A stretch of 64,000 bases of DNA, taken from contig JAFXGX010000041.1 in the NCBI GenBank assembly GCA_017536695.1, positions 52,006 to 116,005 on the forward strand, written 5' to 3'. The position numbers were made by a program, and so were the translations under genes. This DNA comes from Bacteroidaceae bacterium. Lineage in GTDB: Bacteria; Bacteroidota; Bacteroidia; Bacteroidales; Bacteroidaceae. The notes beneath the pieces were generated by a model. That model was not told the origin of the DNA, made no database searches, and saw only the letters and a list, made by a program, of their open reading frames with translations. This document shows, one piece after another, positions 29,426 to 39,511 of the stretch. How positions within the stretch are numbered: position 1 is the stretch's first letter; every line of letters begins with the position of its first letter.

Positions 29426-30385
29426 ATGAGATATTTCCTTTCGGTAAAAGATATCGGCAACCTTGACACGGCAGTCAAGGAGGCGCTTGAGATTAAGGCC
29501 GACCGTTTCAGATACAATACTCTGGGTAAGAACAAGACCCTTATGATGGTATTCTTCAACTCCAGTCTGCGCACAAGGCTAAGCACACAGAAGGCAGCCC
29601 TCAACCTTGGCATGAATGTCATTGTGCTCGACATCAATCAGGGTGCATGGAAACTGGAGACCGAGCGCGGAGTAATAATGGACGGCGACAAGCCCGAGCA
29701 TATCCTTGAGGCTATCCCGGTCATGGGAAGCTATTGTGATGTCATCGGAGTACGCTCGTTCGCCCGCTTCGAGAGCAAGGAGGATGATTACAACGAGACT
29801 ATCCTCAACCAGTTCATCAAATACAGTGGACGCCCTGTCTTTTCAATGGAGGCAGCCACACGCCACCCGTTGCAGAGTTTTGCCGACCTCATCACAATAG
29901 AGGAACACAAGAGCAAGAAACGTCCGAAAGTTGTACTTACATGGGCGCCCCACCCCAAGGCCTTGCCACAGGCCGTTCCCAATTCATTTGCCGAGTGGAT
30001 GAATGCAGCAGACTACGAATTTGTAATCACACACCCGAGAGGCTATGAGCTTGCCCCTGAATTTGTAGGCAATGCACGCGTGGAATATGACCAGATGAAA
30101 GCCTTTGAGGATGCCGATTTCATCTATGCAAAGAACTGGGCGGCATACACAGGCGAGAACTACGGCAAGATACTGAGCACCGACCGTTCATGGACCGTAA
30201 GCGAGCGTCAGATGTCAGTGACCGACAATGCACACTTCATGCACTGCCTGCCTGTGCGCCGTAATATGATTGTGACCGATGATGTCATCGAGAGTTCCCG
30301 CTCGCTTGTCATTCCCGAAGCCGCTAACCGCGAGATATCGGCAACGGTAGTACTGAAGAGGATTCTTGAAGGATTGGAGAAATAA
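29426..30385 (+). CDS. argF': ArgF'-type N-acyl (succinyl/acetyl)-ornithine carbamoyltransferase
   Basis: 319 aa. FFNSSLRTRLS (carbamoyl-phosphate site) and HCLPVRRN. The length and N-terminus resemble the Bacteroides ArgF' class rather than classical OTCase. Confidence 0.85.
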   Translation: MRYFLSVKDIGNLDTAVKEALEIKADRFRYNTLGKNKTLMMVFFNSSLRTRLSTQKAALNLGMNVIVLDINQGAWKLETERGVIMDGDKPEHILEAIPVMGSYCDVIGVRSFARFESKEDDYNETILNQFIKYSGRPVFSMEAATRHPLQSFADLITIEEHKSKKRPKVVLTWAPHPKALPQAVPNSFAEWMNAADYEFVITHPRGYELAPEFVGNARVEYDQMKAFEDADFIYAKNWAAYTGENYGKILSTDRSWTVSERQMSVTDNAHFMHCLPVRRNMIVTDDVIESSRSLVIPEAANREISATVVLKRILEGLEK

Positions 30386-30400
30386 AGAATTTTCTTATAC

Positions 30401-30446
30401 AATACAGTAACAGAGGAACGGCATGCCGTTCCTCTGTTACTGTATT
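30401..30446. terminator. Perfect 22-bp-stem palindrome; bidirectional terminator between argF' (+) and rarA (-)
   Basis: aatacagtaacagaggaacggc at gccgttcctctgttactgtatt. Confidence 0.8.
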
Positions 30447-30457
30447 AATGTACAAAC

Positions 30458-31738
30458 TCATTTACTAAAAGGCTTCTCATCTCCCCAGCACTGCTGCATC
30501 CAAGCCTTGCTCTTGGCCTCGACAGGGTTCTCCTGCGGAATCCAGAAGGAGAATTCCTCACCACCTGCGGGCAGGAATTGCTGCTTGACAAAGTGTCCCG
30601 GGAAATCGTGTGAGTACTTATATCCGTCTGAATATCCCAAATCGGCCATAAGTTTGGTGGGAGCGTTCCTCAGATGCAACGGCACAGGCAGATTACCTGT
30701 CTCCCTTACTGTGGCAAGCGCATTGTTGATACCCATATATGCAGAGTTGCTCTTTGGCGATGTCGCAAGATAGACCGTCGCCTCGGCAAGAGGGATGCGC
30801 CCCTCGGGCCAACCGATTTTTGTGACAGCGTCGAATGCCGCGTTGGCAAGCAGCAGAGCATTGGGATTTGCAAGCCCCACATCCTCCGAAGCGGAGATTA
30901 TCAGACGACGGGCAATGAAGGCCGGGTCTTCCCCACCCTCAATCATGCGGGCAAGCCAATAGAGCGCAGCATCGGGGTCACTTCCACGGATAGACTTTAT
31001 GAATGCCGAGATTATATCATAATGCATCTCGCCGTCCTTGTCATAGGCAAGCGGGTTCTGTTGCAAGCATAGTTTGACCTTCTCATCGGTTACCACAACC
31101 GGCGACTCGGGGTCACTCTCCACAACCAGTTCAAGGATATTGAGCAGTTTACGTGCGTCGCCACCGCTGTAACGCATCATGGCTGCCGTCTCGCGCAACT
31201 CCACCCCGCGGTTCTTCAGAGCCTCATCGGCCGTTATGGCATGGTTGAGCAGTTTCATAAGGTCATCGGCCTCAAGAGACTTGAGCACATACAGCTGACA
31301 ACGCGACAGCAAAGGACGTATGACCTCGAACGACGGATTCTCAGTTGTAGCACCTATGAGAGTTACAGTACCCGTCTCAACCGCGCTGAGCAAGGAATCC
31401 TGTTGCGATTTGTTGAAACGATGGATCTCATCTATGAAAAGGATAGCTCCACCACGTGCAAACAGCGGCGAACTTTTTGCCTTGTCAATGACCTCGCGCA
31501 CCTCCTTGACACCCGATGACACGGCATTGAGTGTGTAGAAAGGACGATTCAACTGATGGGCTATTATCCTCGCGATTGTTGTCTTGCCCGTACCCGGAGG
31601 GCCCCACATTATAAACGAGAGGATGCGCCCCGAATCAATCATACGACGCAGCACAGCACCCTCTCCAACAAGGTGCTGCTGACCTACATAACCGTCAAAG
31701 GAGGTAGGACGCAGACGTTCCGCCAATGGTTGTGCCAT
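30458..31738 (-). CDS. rarA: Replication-associated recombination protein A (AAA+ ATPase)
   Basis: MAQPLAERLRP start, Walker A GPPGTGKTT, ILFIDEIHRFNK, and a MgsA C-terminal region. Confidence 0.92.
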   Translation of the reverse strand: MAQPLAERLRPTSFDGYVGQQHLVGEGAVLRRMIDSGRILSFIMWGPPGTGKTTIARIIAHQLNRPFYTLNAVSSGVKEVREVIDKAKSSPLFARGGAILFIDEIHRFNKSQQDSLLSAVETGTVTLIGATTENPSFEVIRPLLSRCQLYVLKSLEADDLMKLLNHAITADEALKNRGVELRETAAMMRYSGGDARKLLNILELVVESDPESPVVVTDEKVKLCLQQNPLAYDKDGEMHYDIISAFIKSIRGSDPDAALYWLARMIEGGEDPAFIARRLIISASEDVGLANPNALLLANAAFDAVTKIGWPEGRIPLAEATVYLATSPKSNSAYMGINNALATVRETGNLPVPLHLRNAPTKLMADLGYSDGYKYSHDFPGHFVKQQFLPAGGEEFSFWIPQENPVEAKSKAWMQQCWGDEKPFSK

Positions 31739-31831
31739 AGAATATAATAACTTGAGCGAACACCGCCCCGCTTGACGCGAGGCAGTGTATCTTCAATCAA
31801 TAATAAGAAATAGTCAAGGTATCTTAAAAGA

Positions 31832-33493
31832 TTAGCTGAGACCTACAATCTCCCCATCGACAAAATCAATATGGTTGGCCTGCGGGTCCTTCGGTAATCC
31901 GGGCATGCGGATAATGTCACCGGCAATGGCAACAATCATCTCGGCACCGGCATTGAGCACTACGTCACGAATCTGCAGGTTGAAGCCCTTGACTGCACCA
32001 TACTGCTTGGCATCGGCACTGAAGGAGAACTGGGTCTTTGCGATACATACAGGGAACTTCGCAAGGCCATATTTCTCGGCAAGTTTTATGCGGTCGAGTG
32101 CCGGTTTTGCGAATGTCACAGAAGCTGCACCGTAGATATTCTTGGCAACCTTCTCAATCTTTGTCTGAATGCTGTCCTCATCGTTGTATGTGAACTCGAG
32201 TTTCTTGGACGGGTTGTTCTCGATAGTATCGACCACAATCTGCGCCATCTCTACAGCGCCCTCACCACCCTGGGCGAATGCGTTGTTGATAACGAACGGC
32301 AAACCGAGTTCCTTCTCGCAGTGCTCACGCAGCAATGCCATCTCCTCATCGGTATCAGTAGCGAAACGGTTGAACACCACGACTACCGACTGACCGAATG
32401 AGCGCAGGTTGGCAACGTGACGGTCAAGGTTTGCAAGACCATTGCGAAGACCATCCATATCAGGCTCCTTAATCTTGTCAAGCTCAACACCACCGTGCAT
32501 TTTCAGGCCCTGGGCTGTAGCAACGATTACTGTAGCATCGGGCTGCAGACCGCTCTTGCGGCAAAGAATATTGTAGAATTTCTCGGCACCGAGGTCTGCG
32601 CCGAAGCCGGCCTCAGTGATTGTATATTCGCTGTGCGCGAGCGCCATCTTTGTTGCGAGCTGCGAGTTGCAACCGTGAGCGATGTTGGCGAACGGACCGC
32701 CATGGATGATTGCAGGAGTATTCTCGGTTGTCTGCACAAGGTTCGGCTGGATAGCATCCTTGAGGAGCACCATTATTGAACCGGCAACGCCAAGGTCCTT
32801 CACAGTGAAAGGCTCGCCCGCATATGTGTAGCCGAGCATTATATTCTCGATGCGGCGACGAAGGTCGGCCTCATCGCTTGCGAGGCAAAGGATTGCCATG
32901 AGTTCCGAAGCGGGAGTAATATCAAAACCGGCCTGCTCAACGAGTCCGTTGGTCGCAGGGCCTACACCTGTGATTATCTGGCGCAAAGAGCGGTCATTCA
33001 CGTCAAGCACGCGACGCCAAAGGATTTCCTTTAGACCGAAACCCTCCTTTGCATGCTGATAGAGATAGTTGTCGAGCAGCGCAGAAATCATATTGTGCGC
33101 CGATGTTATCGCGTGGAAGTCACCTGTAAAATGGAGGTTGATTTTCTCCATCGGAAGCACCTGTGCATAACCGCCGCCGGCAGCACCACCCTTCATGCCG
33201 AAGCAGGGACCGAGTGAAGGCTCGCGCAATGCGACAACAGCCTTCTTGCCTATTTTGTTGAGACCCAGCGCAAGACCTATTGAAACAGTGGTCTTGCCGA
33301 TACCGGCCTTTGTAGCAGTGATTGCTGTAACAAGAATGAGTTTACCCTTCTGCTCCCCGATAAGATTAAGGGGCAACTTTGCTATGTACTTGCCATAATG
33401 TTCAAGGTCGTTTGCATCTATGCCCATCATGGCAGCCACGTTCTCAATGCGCTCAAGCTTGGTTTCATGAGCAATCTGAATGTCACTCTTCAT
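31832..33493 (-). CDS. fhs: Formate--tetrahydrofolate ligase
   Basis: 553 aa. [11 protein letters not shown] nucleotide loop; full-length FTHFS pattern ([13 protein letters not shown]). Confidence 0.93.
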   Translation of the reverse strand: MKSDIQIAHETKLERIENVAAMMGIDANDLEHYGKYIAKLPLNLIGEQKGKLILVTAITATKAGIGKTTVSIGLALGLNKIGKKAVVALREPSLGPCFGMKGGAAGGGYAQVLPMEKINLHFTGDFHAITSAHNMISALLDNYLYQHAKEGFGLKEILWRRVLDVNDRSLRQIITGVGPATNGLVEQAGFDITPASELMAILCLASDEADLRRRIENIMLGYTYAGEPFTVKDLGVAGSIMVLLKDAIQPNLVQTTENTPAIIHGGPFANIAHGCNSQLATKMALAHSEYTITEAGFGADLGAEKFYNILCRKSGLQPDATVIVATAQGLKMHGGVELDKIKEPDMDGLRNGLANLDRHVANLRSFGQSVVVVFNRFATDTDEEMALLREHCEKELGLPFVINNAFAQGGEGAVEMAQIVVDTIENNPSKKLEFTYNDEDSIQTKIEKVAKNIYGAASVTFAKPALDRIKLAEKYGLAKFPVCIAKTQFSFSADAKQYGAVKGFNLQIRDVVLNAGAEMIVAIAGDIIRMPGLPKDPQANHIDFVDGEIVGLS

Positions 33494-33537
33494 AAATATA
33501 TGCTTTTTTTAGTTTGAAATTCTTTCTTTCCGTCTTG

Positions 33538-33545
33538 CGAAGATA
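33538..33545 (-). promoter_or_regulatory. -7 box variant TAtcTTCG (minus strand) for fhs
   Basis: Plus strand reads cgaagata, 45 nt upstream of the ATG at 33493. Confidence 0.45.
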
Positions 33546-33609
33546 ATAAAATATATCATAAAATTCAATTATTCAGAAGTTGTTTGATAAAGTTCGGGAA
33601 TAATTGTAC

Positions 33610-33617
33610 TATCTTTG
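33610..33617 (+). promoter_or_regulatory. -7 box TAtcTTTG for the GT2 gene
   Basis: tatctttg lies 19 nt upstream of the ATG at 33636. Confidence 0.4.
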
Positions 33618-33635
33618 CTGTGACAGCAAAGCCGA

Positions 33636-34538
33636 ATGCGTATGTTATCGATACTGATTCCCACAAAAGACTACGATTGCCACATCCTGGTAGAGGAACT
33701 CCACAGGCAAGGAGAATTCCTGGGATTGCCATACGAAATCATCATAGGGGAAGACGGTACCGCCGAAGAGAACCTGCGACTGAACACAATGGCCGACTCG
33801 CTGACGCATTGCCGCAGGATAATAAAAAAAACGAACATCGGGCGTGCCGCGATACGCAACCTGCTTGCAAGGGAATCACGTTACCCGAACCTCATATTCA
33901 TTGACAGCGATGCAGTAGTCGAGAAGGATGATTTTCTACGTTTATACGTTGACGCCCTGAAAGATTACGATGTAGTTTGTGGAGCTCTCTACCATGCAAA
34001 TGAGCAGCCAAACGATGAGTGTTCCCTCCGTTACCGATATGAAAAGGAGGCCGACAAGCAGCGCGATGCCATAACCCGCAGCAAGGCACCGTACGACAAA
34101 TTCACCACATTCAACTTTGCAATTAAAAAGGATATTTTCACGTCAATTTTATTTAACGAATCCATAACCCGCTACGGATATGAGGATGCACTTTTCGGCA
34201 AAGAGCTCAAGAGGCGGGGTATACCTATCGGACACATTGACAACAAGCTGCTTCACAGCGGGCTGGAGAGCAATGCCGTATTCCTTGCAAAGAGCGAACA
34301 AGCATTGGCTACCCTCCTCACGATTGAGGATAGAATGGAGAGCACCCCACTGCTTGCCACACTCCGCAAGATGCGGGCATTGCATCTTGAGAACATCTTC
34401 ATGATATACTGGAATTTGCGCAAGGAGAGTCTCAGGAAGAACCTGTTGGGCAGGAAACCCTCGCTCTTGAAATTCAAGATATACAAGTTAGGCTATTACA
34501 TTTCGCTCCAGAGGAAAGATGGCATCAACACTCTTTAA
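33636..34538 (+). CDS. Glycosyltransferase family 2
   Basis: LSILIPTKDYD start, EIIIGEDGTAEE, IFIDSDAVV (DxD-like); 300 aa. Confidence 0.75.
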   Translation: MRMLSILIPTKDYDCHILVEELHRQGEFLGLPYEIIIGEDGTAEENLRLNTMADSLTHCRRIIKKTNIGRAAIRNLLARESRYPNLIFIDSDAVVEKDDFLRLYVDALKDYDVVCGALYHANEQPNDECSLRYRYEKEADKQRDAITRSKAPYDKFTTFNFAIKKDIFTSILFNESITRYGYEDALFGKELKRRGIPIGHIDNKLLHSGLESNAVFLAKSEQALATLLTIEDRMESTPLLATLRKMRALHLENIFMIYWNLRKESLRKNLLGRKPSLLKFKIYKLGYYISLQRKDGINTL

Positions 34539-34687
34539 TATCCTTTAACCCCACTACGTAGGTTTGAATCGGCTCCCGCCCATTGCTAGAGTTCAAGCAA
34601 GCTTGCCTTGCGCTCATTTGAACAAGCTTTCCTATTTCAGCATTCAGTTTTCAGCTTATACATCCCTCATTTTTTGAAAAAAAGAGT

Positions 34688-34695
34688 TATTTTTG
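34688..34695 (+). promoter_or_regulatory. -7 box TAttTTTG for glnS
   Basis: tatttttg lies 58 nt upstream of the ATG at 34753. Confidence 0.45.
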
Positions 34696-34752
34696 CAAAT
34701 TGGAACAATATTCCAACAAAAGACGTATATAAACATAAAACATAATACAGCG

Positions 34753-36504
34753 ATGACCGAAATTAACGAAACTGAAAAAATCGAGAAAAAGAGCATCAGT
34801 TTTATTGAGCAGATTATAGTAGATGACCTGGCACAGGGCAAGAACGGGGGAAGATTGCAGACCCGATTCCCGCCCGAGCCCAACGGTTATCTTCACATAG
34901 GCCACGCCAAGGCTATTGCAATAGACTTTGGCATGGCTCAGAAACATGGCGGTGTGTGCAACCTGCGTTTCGATGACACCAACCCGCAGAAAGAGGATAT
35001 GGAGTTCGTGCGCGCCATTGAAGAGGACATCAAATGGCTCGGTTTCGAATGGGGCAAGGTATGCTATGCCAGCGACTATTTCCAGGAGCTTTGGGATTTT
35101 GCCGAGTGGTGCATCATGACAGACCGCGCATATATTGACGAGCAGACATCCGAGGAGATTGCGCAGCAGAAAGGCACCCCCACCGAACCCGGAAAGAACA
35201 GCCCATACCGTGACCGACCTGCCGAGGAGAGCCTGCGCCTTTTCCGAGAAATGAACAGTGGCAACGTAGAACCGGGCAAGATGATTCTCCGTGCCAAGAT
35301 TGACATGGCAAGCCCCAACATGCACTTCCGCGACCCGATTATGTACCGTGTCCTGAACATGCCGCACTGGCGTACAGGCAATAAATGGAACGCCTACCCC
35401 ATGTATGACTTCACCCATGGACAGAGCGATTACCTCGAAGGCGTAACACACTCTATCTGTACTCTTGAGTTCGTGCCCCACCGCGACCTCTATGACCTGT
35501 TCGTTACATGGATTAAGGAGTGGAAGGGCGATGAAGGCGACATTCAGGATAACCGTCCACGCCAGTATGAGTTCAACAAGCTGAACCTCAACTACACACT
35601 CATGAGCAAGCGCAACCTGCTCATCCTCACCAAAGAGGGAGTTGTAAACGGTTGGGATGACCCCCGTATGCCGACTATCTGCGGTATACGCCGTCGCGGT
35701 TACAGTCCTCAGGCAATACTCAACTTCATAGACAAGATAGGATACACCACATTCGATGCCCTCAATGACATAAAGCTGATGGAGGCCGCATGCCGCGAGG
35801 ACCTCAACGCACGTGCCCTTCGAGTAAGCGCTGTCGTGGACCCTGTACGTCTTGTAATCGACAACTACCCCGAAGGAACGGTTGAGGAGATGCAGGCCAT
35901 AAACAACCCCGAGGATGAGAATTCCGGCTCACACATCATACGTTTCTCTCGCGAGCTCTACATCGAGCGCGAGGACTTCATGGAGGATGGCGGAAAGAAA
36001 TTCCTGCGACTGGGCCCCGGCAAGGAGGTACGCCTGAAGAACGCATATATCATCAAGTGTGACGAAGACCCTGCCAACTGCATCGAGAAGGATGAGAATG
36101 GCAACATCACATGTATCCATGCCACATACGACCCCGACAGCCGCAGCGGCATGCCTGGAGCCGACCGCCGCATCAAGGGCAAGACGCTGCATTGGGTAAG
36201 CTGTGCCCACAGCGTACCTTGCGAAGTACGCGACTACAGCTGCCTGTGGACATGCGAGAACCCGCGCGACGCCATCAAACAGTACGAGAAGGAGAATGGA
36301 GTAAGAGGTATTGAGGCCATGCGCCCTTTCCTTAACCCCGATTCTCTGCGCATAAACAAGAATGCGTATATTGAAGAGTGGGCGGCAGACCTCCCGCACC
36401 TTAGCTACCTGCAGTTCCAGCGCATCGGCTACTTCAATGTAGACCCCGACAGCAAGCCCGGGAAGCCCGTATTCAACCGCACTGTATCGCTCAAGGGCAA
36501 GTAA
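34753..36504 (+). CDS. glnS: Glutamine--tRNA ligase
   Basis: Start taken at MTEINETEK, downstream of the promoter box. HIGH motif (YLHIGHAKA) and KMSKS-like LMSKR. 583 aa. Confidence 0.92.
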   Translation: MTEINETEKIEKKSISFIEQIIVDDLAQGKNGGRLQTRFPPEPNGYLHIGHAKAIAIDFGMAQKHGGVCNLRFDDTNPQKEDMEFVRAIEEDIKWLGFEWGKVCYASDYFQELWDFAEWCIMTDRAYIDEQTSEEIAQQKGTPTEPGKNSPYRDRPAEESLRLFREMNSGNVEPGKMILRAKIDMASPNMHFRDPIMYRVLNMPHWRTGNKWNAYPMYDFTHGQSDYLEGVTHSICTLEFVPHRDLYDLFVTWIKEWKGDEGDIQDNRPRQYEFNKLNLNYTLMSKRNLLILTKEGVVNGWDDPRMPTICGIRRRGYSPQAILNFIDKIGYTTFDALNDIKLMEAACREDLNARALRVSAVVDPVRLVIDNYPEGTVEEMQAINNPEDENSGSHIIRFSRELYIEREDFMEDGGKKFLRLGPGKEVRLKNAYIIKCDEDPANCIEKDENGNITCIHATYDPDSRSGMPGADRRIKGKTLHWVSCAHSVPCEVRDYSCLWTCENPRDAIKQYEKENGVRGIEAMRPFLNPDSLRINKNAYIEEWAADLPHLSYLQFQRIGYFNVDPDSKPGKPVFNRTVSLKGK

Positions 36505-36532
36505 CACACATAAATCAGAACAACATCCCTGT

Positions 36533-37936
36533 ATGAACTACGAAAAAGGATATTTCGACACGCCGGAATTCCGCGAGCTACTCAAGAGGTATGAGCATGC
36601 CAAGGCAATGAACATGCACTCATATTATGCCATTGATGAGCTTGTGGACCTGCTGTCATACTATCTTTACGTAGAGAAGCATGATGAGGCGGAACAGATT
36701 CTGAAGATTGCAGGACAGATTCATCCTGCCGCGCCCGAGAACACCAAGATGGAGATAAAGCTGATGCTCAGCAAGGGCGAAGCCAAAAGGGCTCTCGAAT
36801 TGTTCGCCGGTATACAGTACATCGATGACAACGAGACAAAGATTCTGCATGCCGAGATACTGCTCGCACTGAAGGATTTCAAGAACGCAAGAGAGATTGC
36901 ACTCGATATAATAAGGACAACAACACCGGAACAGGAGAACCTTTACGAGGCGCTTGAGATTCTGCTCGATTGCGGCTTTGCGCTCGATGCCCTCTACATT
37001 TGTGAGAAAGCCCTGAAACTGGCACCCGCCAACAGGAGCCTGCTCGAAGTAAAGGCCGAATGTTTCATCGAGATGCAAAGGATAAACGAAGCAATCGACC
37101 TGTACAACAGCCTACTCGATGCCGACCCCTATTCCACTTTCTATTGGGAGCAGTTGGGACACATCTATTATATGGTAAAGCGTTACGGTAAGGCACTCGA
37201 ATGCTTTGAGTACGAGAGTACGATAAACGACGAGATAGAGTACGCAAGGATGATGCAGGCCTACTGCTACTACCATGTGGGCGACTATGCCAGAACGAAG
37301 GAGATGTTCGGCTTGTTCAAGGAACGCTACCCGCAATCGGTAATCCCGCGTTTCTACATAGCATTGTCGCAATACCACGAAGGCGACCCGCAAAGCGCCG
37401 TCGAGAGTTTCAAGGAGATAATCGACATTGCTCCCGAAGGCACAATAGAGATGATGCTTGCGAGAGTGAACAAAGCTATGATACTCGACAGCATCGGCGA
37501 GGGAACACGCGCCGAGGAGGCGATATCCATGGCTATCATGATGCACCCCGACAACATGAAACAGCTTATCCTACGCGGAACACATCTTTATGAGCTGCGC
37601 GATAAGGAGAACCTGATATTCAGTGATATGAACGCACTAGAGCAGAAGGAGTGGACACAGGAAGAGGAACTATACGAACTCGGTGTACACCTTTTCGAGC
37701 ATGGGCATCCGAATCTCGCGCTCAGGATATTCCGCTACATGCGCCCGTTCAGTCATGATGCTTCGGACGTTGACGCGTACATTGCCAATATACTCTGGCA
37801 GAACGGTGAGAGAGAGAAGGTCGAACCTTCAATAGAGAATGCCATTAACGGACGCTCGTGCATACTCTTCAGGCTGTTCGGCATCACTTATGACGCGGGT
37901 ATCACTCCACAGGAATTCATTGCAAGAATCAGATAA
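36533..37936 (+). CDS. Tetratricopeptide-repeat protein
   Basis: 467 aa of repeated helical 34-aa-like units (e.g. YWEQLGHIYYMVKRYGKALECFEY). No other domain recognised. Confidence 0.6.
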   Translation: MNYEKGYFDTPEFRELLKRYEHAKAMNMHSYYAIDELVDLLSYYLYVEKHDEAEQILKIAGQIHPAAPENTKMEIKLMLSKGEAKRALELFAGIQYIDDNETKILHAEILLALKDFKNAREIALDIIRTTTPEQENLYEALEILLDCGFALDALYICEKALKLAPANRSLLEVKAECFIEMQRINEAIDLYNSLLDADPYSTFYWEQLGHIYYMVKRYGKALECFEYESTINDEIEYARMMQAYCYYHVGDYARTKEMFGLFKERYPQSVIPRFYIALSQYHEGDPQSAVESFKEIIDIAPEGTIEMMLARVNKAMILDSIGEGTRAEEAISMAIMMHPDNMKQLILRGTHLYELRDKENLIFSDMNALEQKEWTQEEELYELGVHLFEHGHPNLALRIFRYMRPFSHDASDVDAYIANILWQNGEREKVEPSIENAINGRSCILFRLFGITYDAGITPQEFIARIR

Positions 37937-37980
37937 ATAACAGCGAGGCAACGTCAGTGGACGTTGCCTCGCTGTTATTT
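37935..37980. terminator. Perfect 21-bp-stem hairpin; bidirectional terminator between the TPR gene (+) and the ManC-like gene (-)
   Basis: aaataacagcgaggcaacgtc agtg gacgttgcctcgctgttattt. Confidence 0.8.
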
Positions 37981-37992
37981 AAAGACAAATGG

Positions 37993-39051
37993 TTATTCTG
38001 TAAAATCCCTGAGCCTGTTCTCTTCGCCCATCCGGCATATGAGAAGATTCTCATCCTTCTCGGCCACAATGCAGTCATTCATTCCAATCACCACCACCTT
38101 TTTCATGTCGCGCGTGCTTACAAAGCAGTTGCGGGACTCCGAGAAAGCAACTTCGGCACCCACAGCCACATTGCCATTAAGGTCCTTCTGCATATTCTCA
38201 TGAAGCGAAATCCATGTGCCCAAATCACTCCATCCGAAATCAGCAGGGAATACGAAAATCTCCTCGGCACGTTCCATAATTGCATAATCGACCGAAATAT
38301 TACGGCACTCGGGGAACTTTTCGTTAATAAATTCCTGCTCCTGAGGGGTAAAATAGTAAGGAACGAGCGATTCGAATATAGATGCAATAGGAGACTGATA
38401 CACACGGAAAGCGTTCACGATGGTAGAGACATTCCATATGAATATACCCGAATTCCAGTAGAAATTCTTCTTCGCCACATACGTCTCGGCTATCTCAAGT
38501 GAAGGTTTCTCCTTGAAAGAATCGACCCTGTAGACCTCCTTGTTCGACAAGGCCGAAGCGCCGAGCACTGCCTCAATATATCCATAGCCAGTCTCGGGAC
38601 GGGTAGGTTTGATACCCAAGGTAAGTATCGCATCGGAACCATTCACGAAGCCGAGTGCCGATGTAATGACACGACGGAACTCCTGCACATCGGCTACGAA
38701 ATGGTCACTCGGGGTCACCACCATATTTGCCGACGGGTCGCGTTTCTTGATTTTCCATGCAGCATATGCAATGCAAGGGGCTGTATTCCTGCGACAAGGT
38801 TCCCTGAGGATATTCCCGACCGGAATCATAGGCAACTGCTCCTGAACGATATGCGCATATTTCTCCGAAGTGACAACCCACACATTCTCAATCGGACATA
38901 TTCCTGCAAAACGGTCCACCGTCAACTGGAGCAACGACTTGCCGCAACCAAGCACATCAACGAACTGCTTGGGAACATCCCCTGTACTCATAGGCCAAAG
39001 ACGACTCCCTACTCCGCCGGCCATTATGACTATGTGATTAGAACCTGCCAT
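37993..39051 (-). CDS. manC: Mannose-1-phosphate guanylyltransferase (sugar-nucleotidyltransferase fold)
   Basis: IMAGGVGSRLWPMS glycine-rich loop, GIKPTRPETGYGYIE, and a WSDLGTW motif. 352 aa. Confidence 0.85.
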   Translation of the reverse strand: MAGSNHIVIMAGGVGSRLWPMSTGDVPKQFVDVLGCGKSLLQLTVDRFAGICPIENVWVVTSEKYAHIVQEQLPMIPVGNILREPCRRNTAPCIAYAAWKIKKRDPSANMVVTPSDHFVADVQEFRRVITSALGFVNGSDAILTLGIKPTRPETGYGYIEAVLGASALSNKEVYRVDSFKEKPSLEIAETYVAKKNFYWNSGIFIWNVSTIVNAFRVYQSPIASIFESLVPYYFTPQEQEFINEKFPECRNISVDYAIMERAEEIFVFPADFGWSDLGTWISLHENMQKDLNGNVAVGAEVAFSESRNCFVSTRDMKKVVVIGMNDCIVAEKDENLLICRMGEENRLRDFTE

Positions 39052-39072
39052 AATTATTTAAGTGTTAGATTT

Positions 39073-39099
39073 ATAACAAAACTGTTACCGTTTTGTTAT
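39073..39099 (-). promoter_or_regulatory. Perfect 10-bp hairpin in the predicted manC 5' leader
   Basis: ataacaaaac tgttacc gttttgttat lies between the -7 box (39114-39121) and the ATG (39051). Confidence 0.4.
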
Positions 39100-39113
39100 T
39101 TACATAGTTATTG

Positions 39114-39121
39114 CGAAGATA
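39114..39121 (-). promoter_or_regulatory. -7 box variant TAtcTTCG (minus strand) for manC
   Basis: Plus strand reads cgaagata, 63 nt upstream of the ATG at 39051. Confidence 0.45.
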
Positions 39122-39259
39122 ATCAAAAAACATAAATCCAACAAACCGATGCGATTATTTATAAAATTATTATCCGAAGAATCTTATGGTTTTTATATAA
39201 TAGAGAAAAAGCCGCAAAGCCACAGAAGCACTCCTGAACCATTACTACAGCATTCCAGA

Positions 39260-39281
39260 CTATCAACAAGCTATCAACAAG
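39260..39281 (+). repeat. 11-bp perfect tandem direct repeat (ctatcaacaag x2) upstream of the WecA-family gene promoter
   Basis: Read directly. It ends 56 nt upstream of the -7 box at 39337. Confidence 0.9.
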
Positions 39282-39336
39282 CAACGATTAACAAAATATT
39301 TACACCAATAATTGCTTTATTTCAAAAGATTTAAAT

Positions 39337-39344
39337 TAATTTTG
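39337..39344 (+). promoter_or_regulatory. -7 box TAatTTTG for the WecA-family gene
   Basis: taattttg lies 168 nt upstream of the ATG at 39512, which implies a long leader. Confidence 0.4.
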
Positions 39345-39511
39345 CACAGAATATGGTAAATGGGCTACGTCGGCCGAAAGACACACCGGCAGAACAGGCG
39401 TACCAATCACTTGCATAATACAGCAAAAGCCAAAGCATGCAATGAGCCTTATCGGATTTGATAATAGACAGAGAGATAAACAAAAATATCAACCACTTAA
39501 AATTTTTGTCA

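Noticed and set aside
34565-34600. tRNA-like T-loop string ggtttgaatc followed by ...cgccca, considered as a tRNA or tRNA-fragment att site
   Set aside because: The flanking bases (gtagg / cggct) cannot form a T-stem. No acceptor or anticodon arms can be drawn, and there is no integrase nearby.
34687-36507. Long antisense ORFs opposite glnS (264 aa and 192 aa). Similar ORFs lie opposite the SLC13 permease (24052..24851), the plug-like gene (41213..41917), DUF349 (18653..19351), proS (46035..46634), asnA (51172..51729) and the beta-helix gene (59824..60417).
   Set aside because: All lie fully inside well-supported genes on the other strand. They have low-complexity or Cys/Arg/His-rich compositions and no promoter boxes or family motifs. 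They look like typical shadow ORFs.
39149-39334. 61-aa ORF in the manC/WecA intergenic region
   Set aside because: It has a low-complexity sequence and no hydrophobic or family signal. It spans the 11-bp tandem repeat and ends just upstream of the WecA-family gene's -7 promoter box (39337). It is more likely regulatory DNA.
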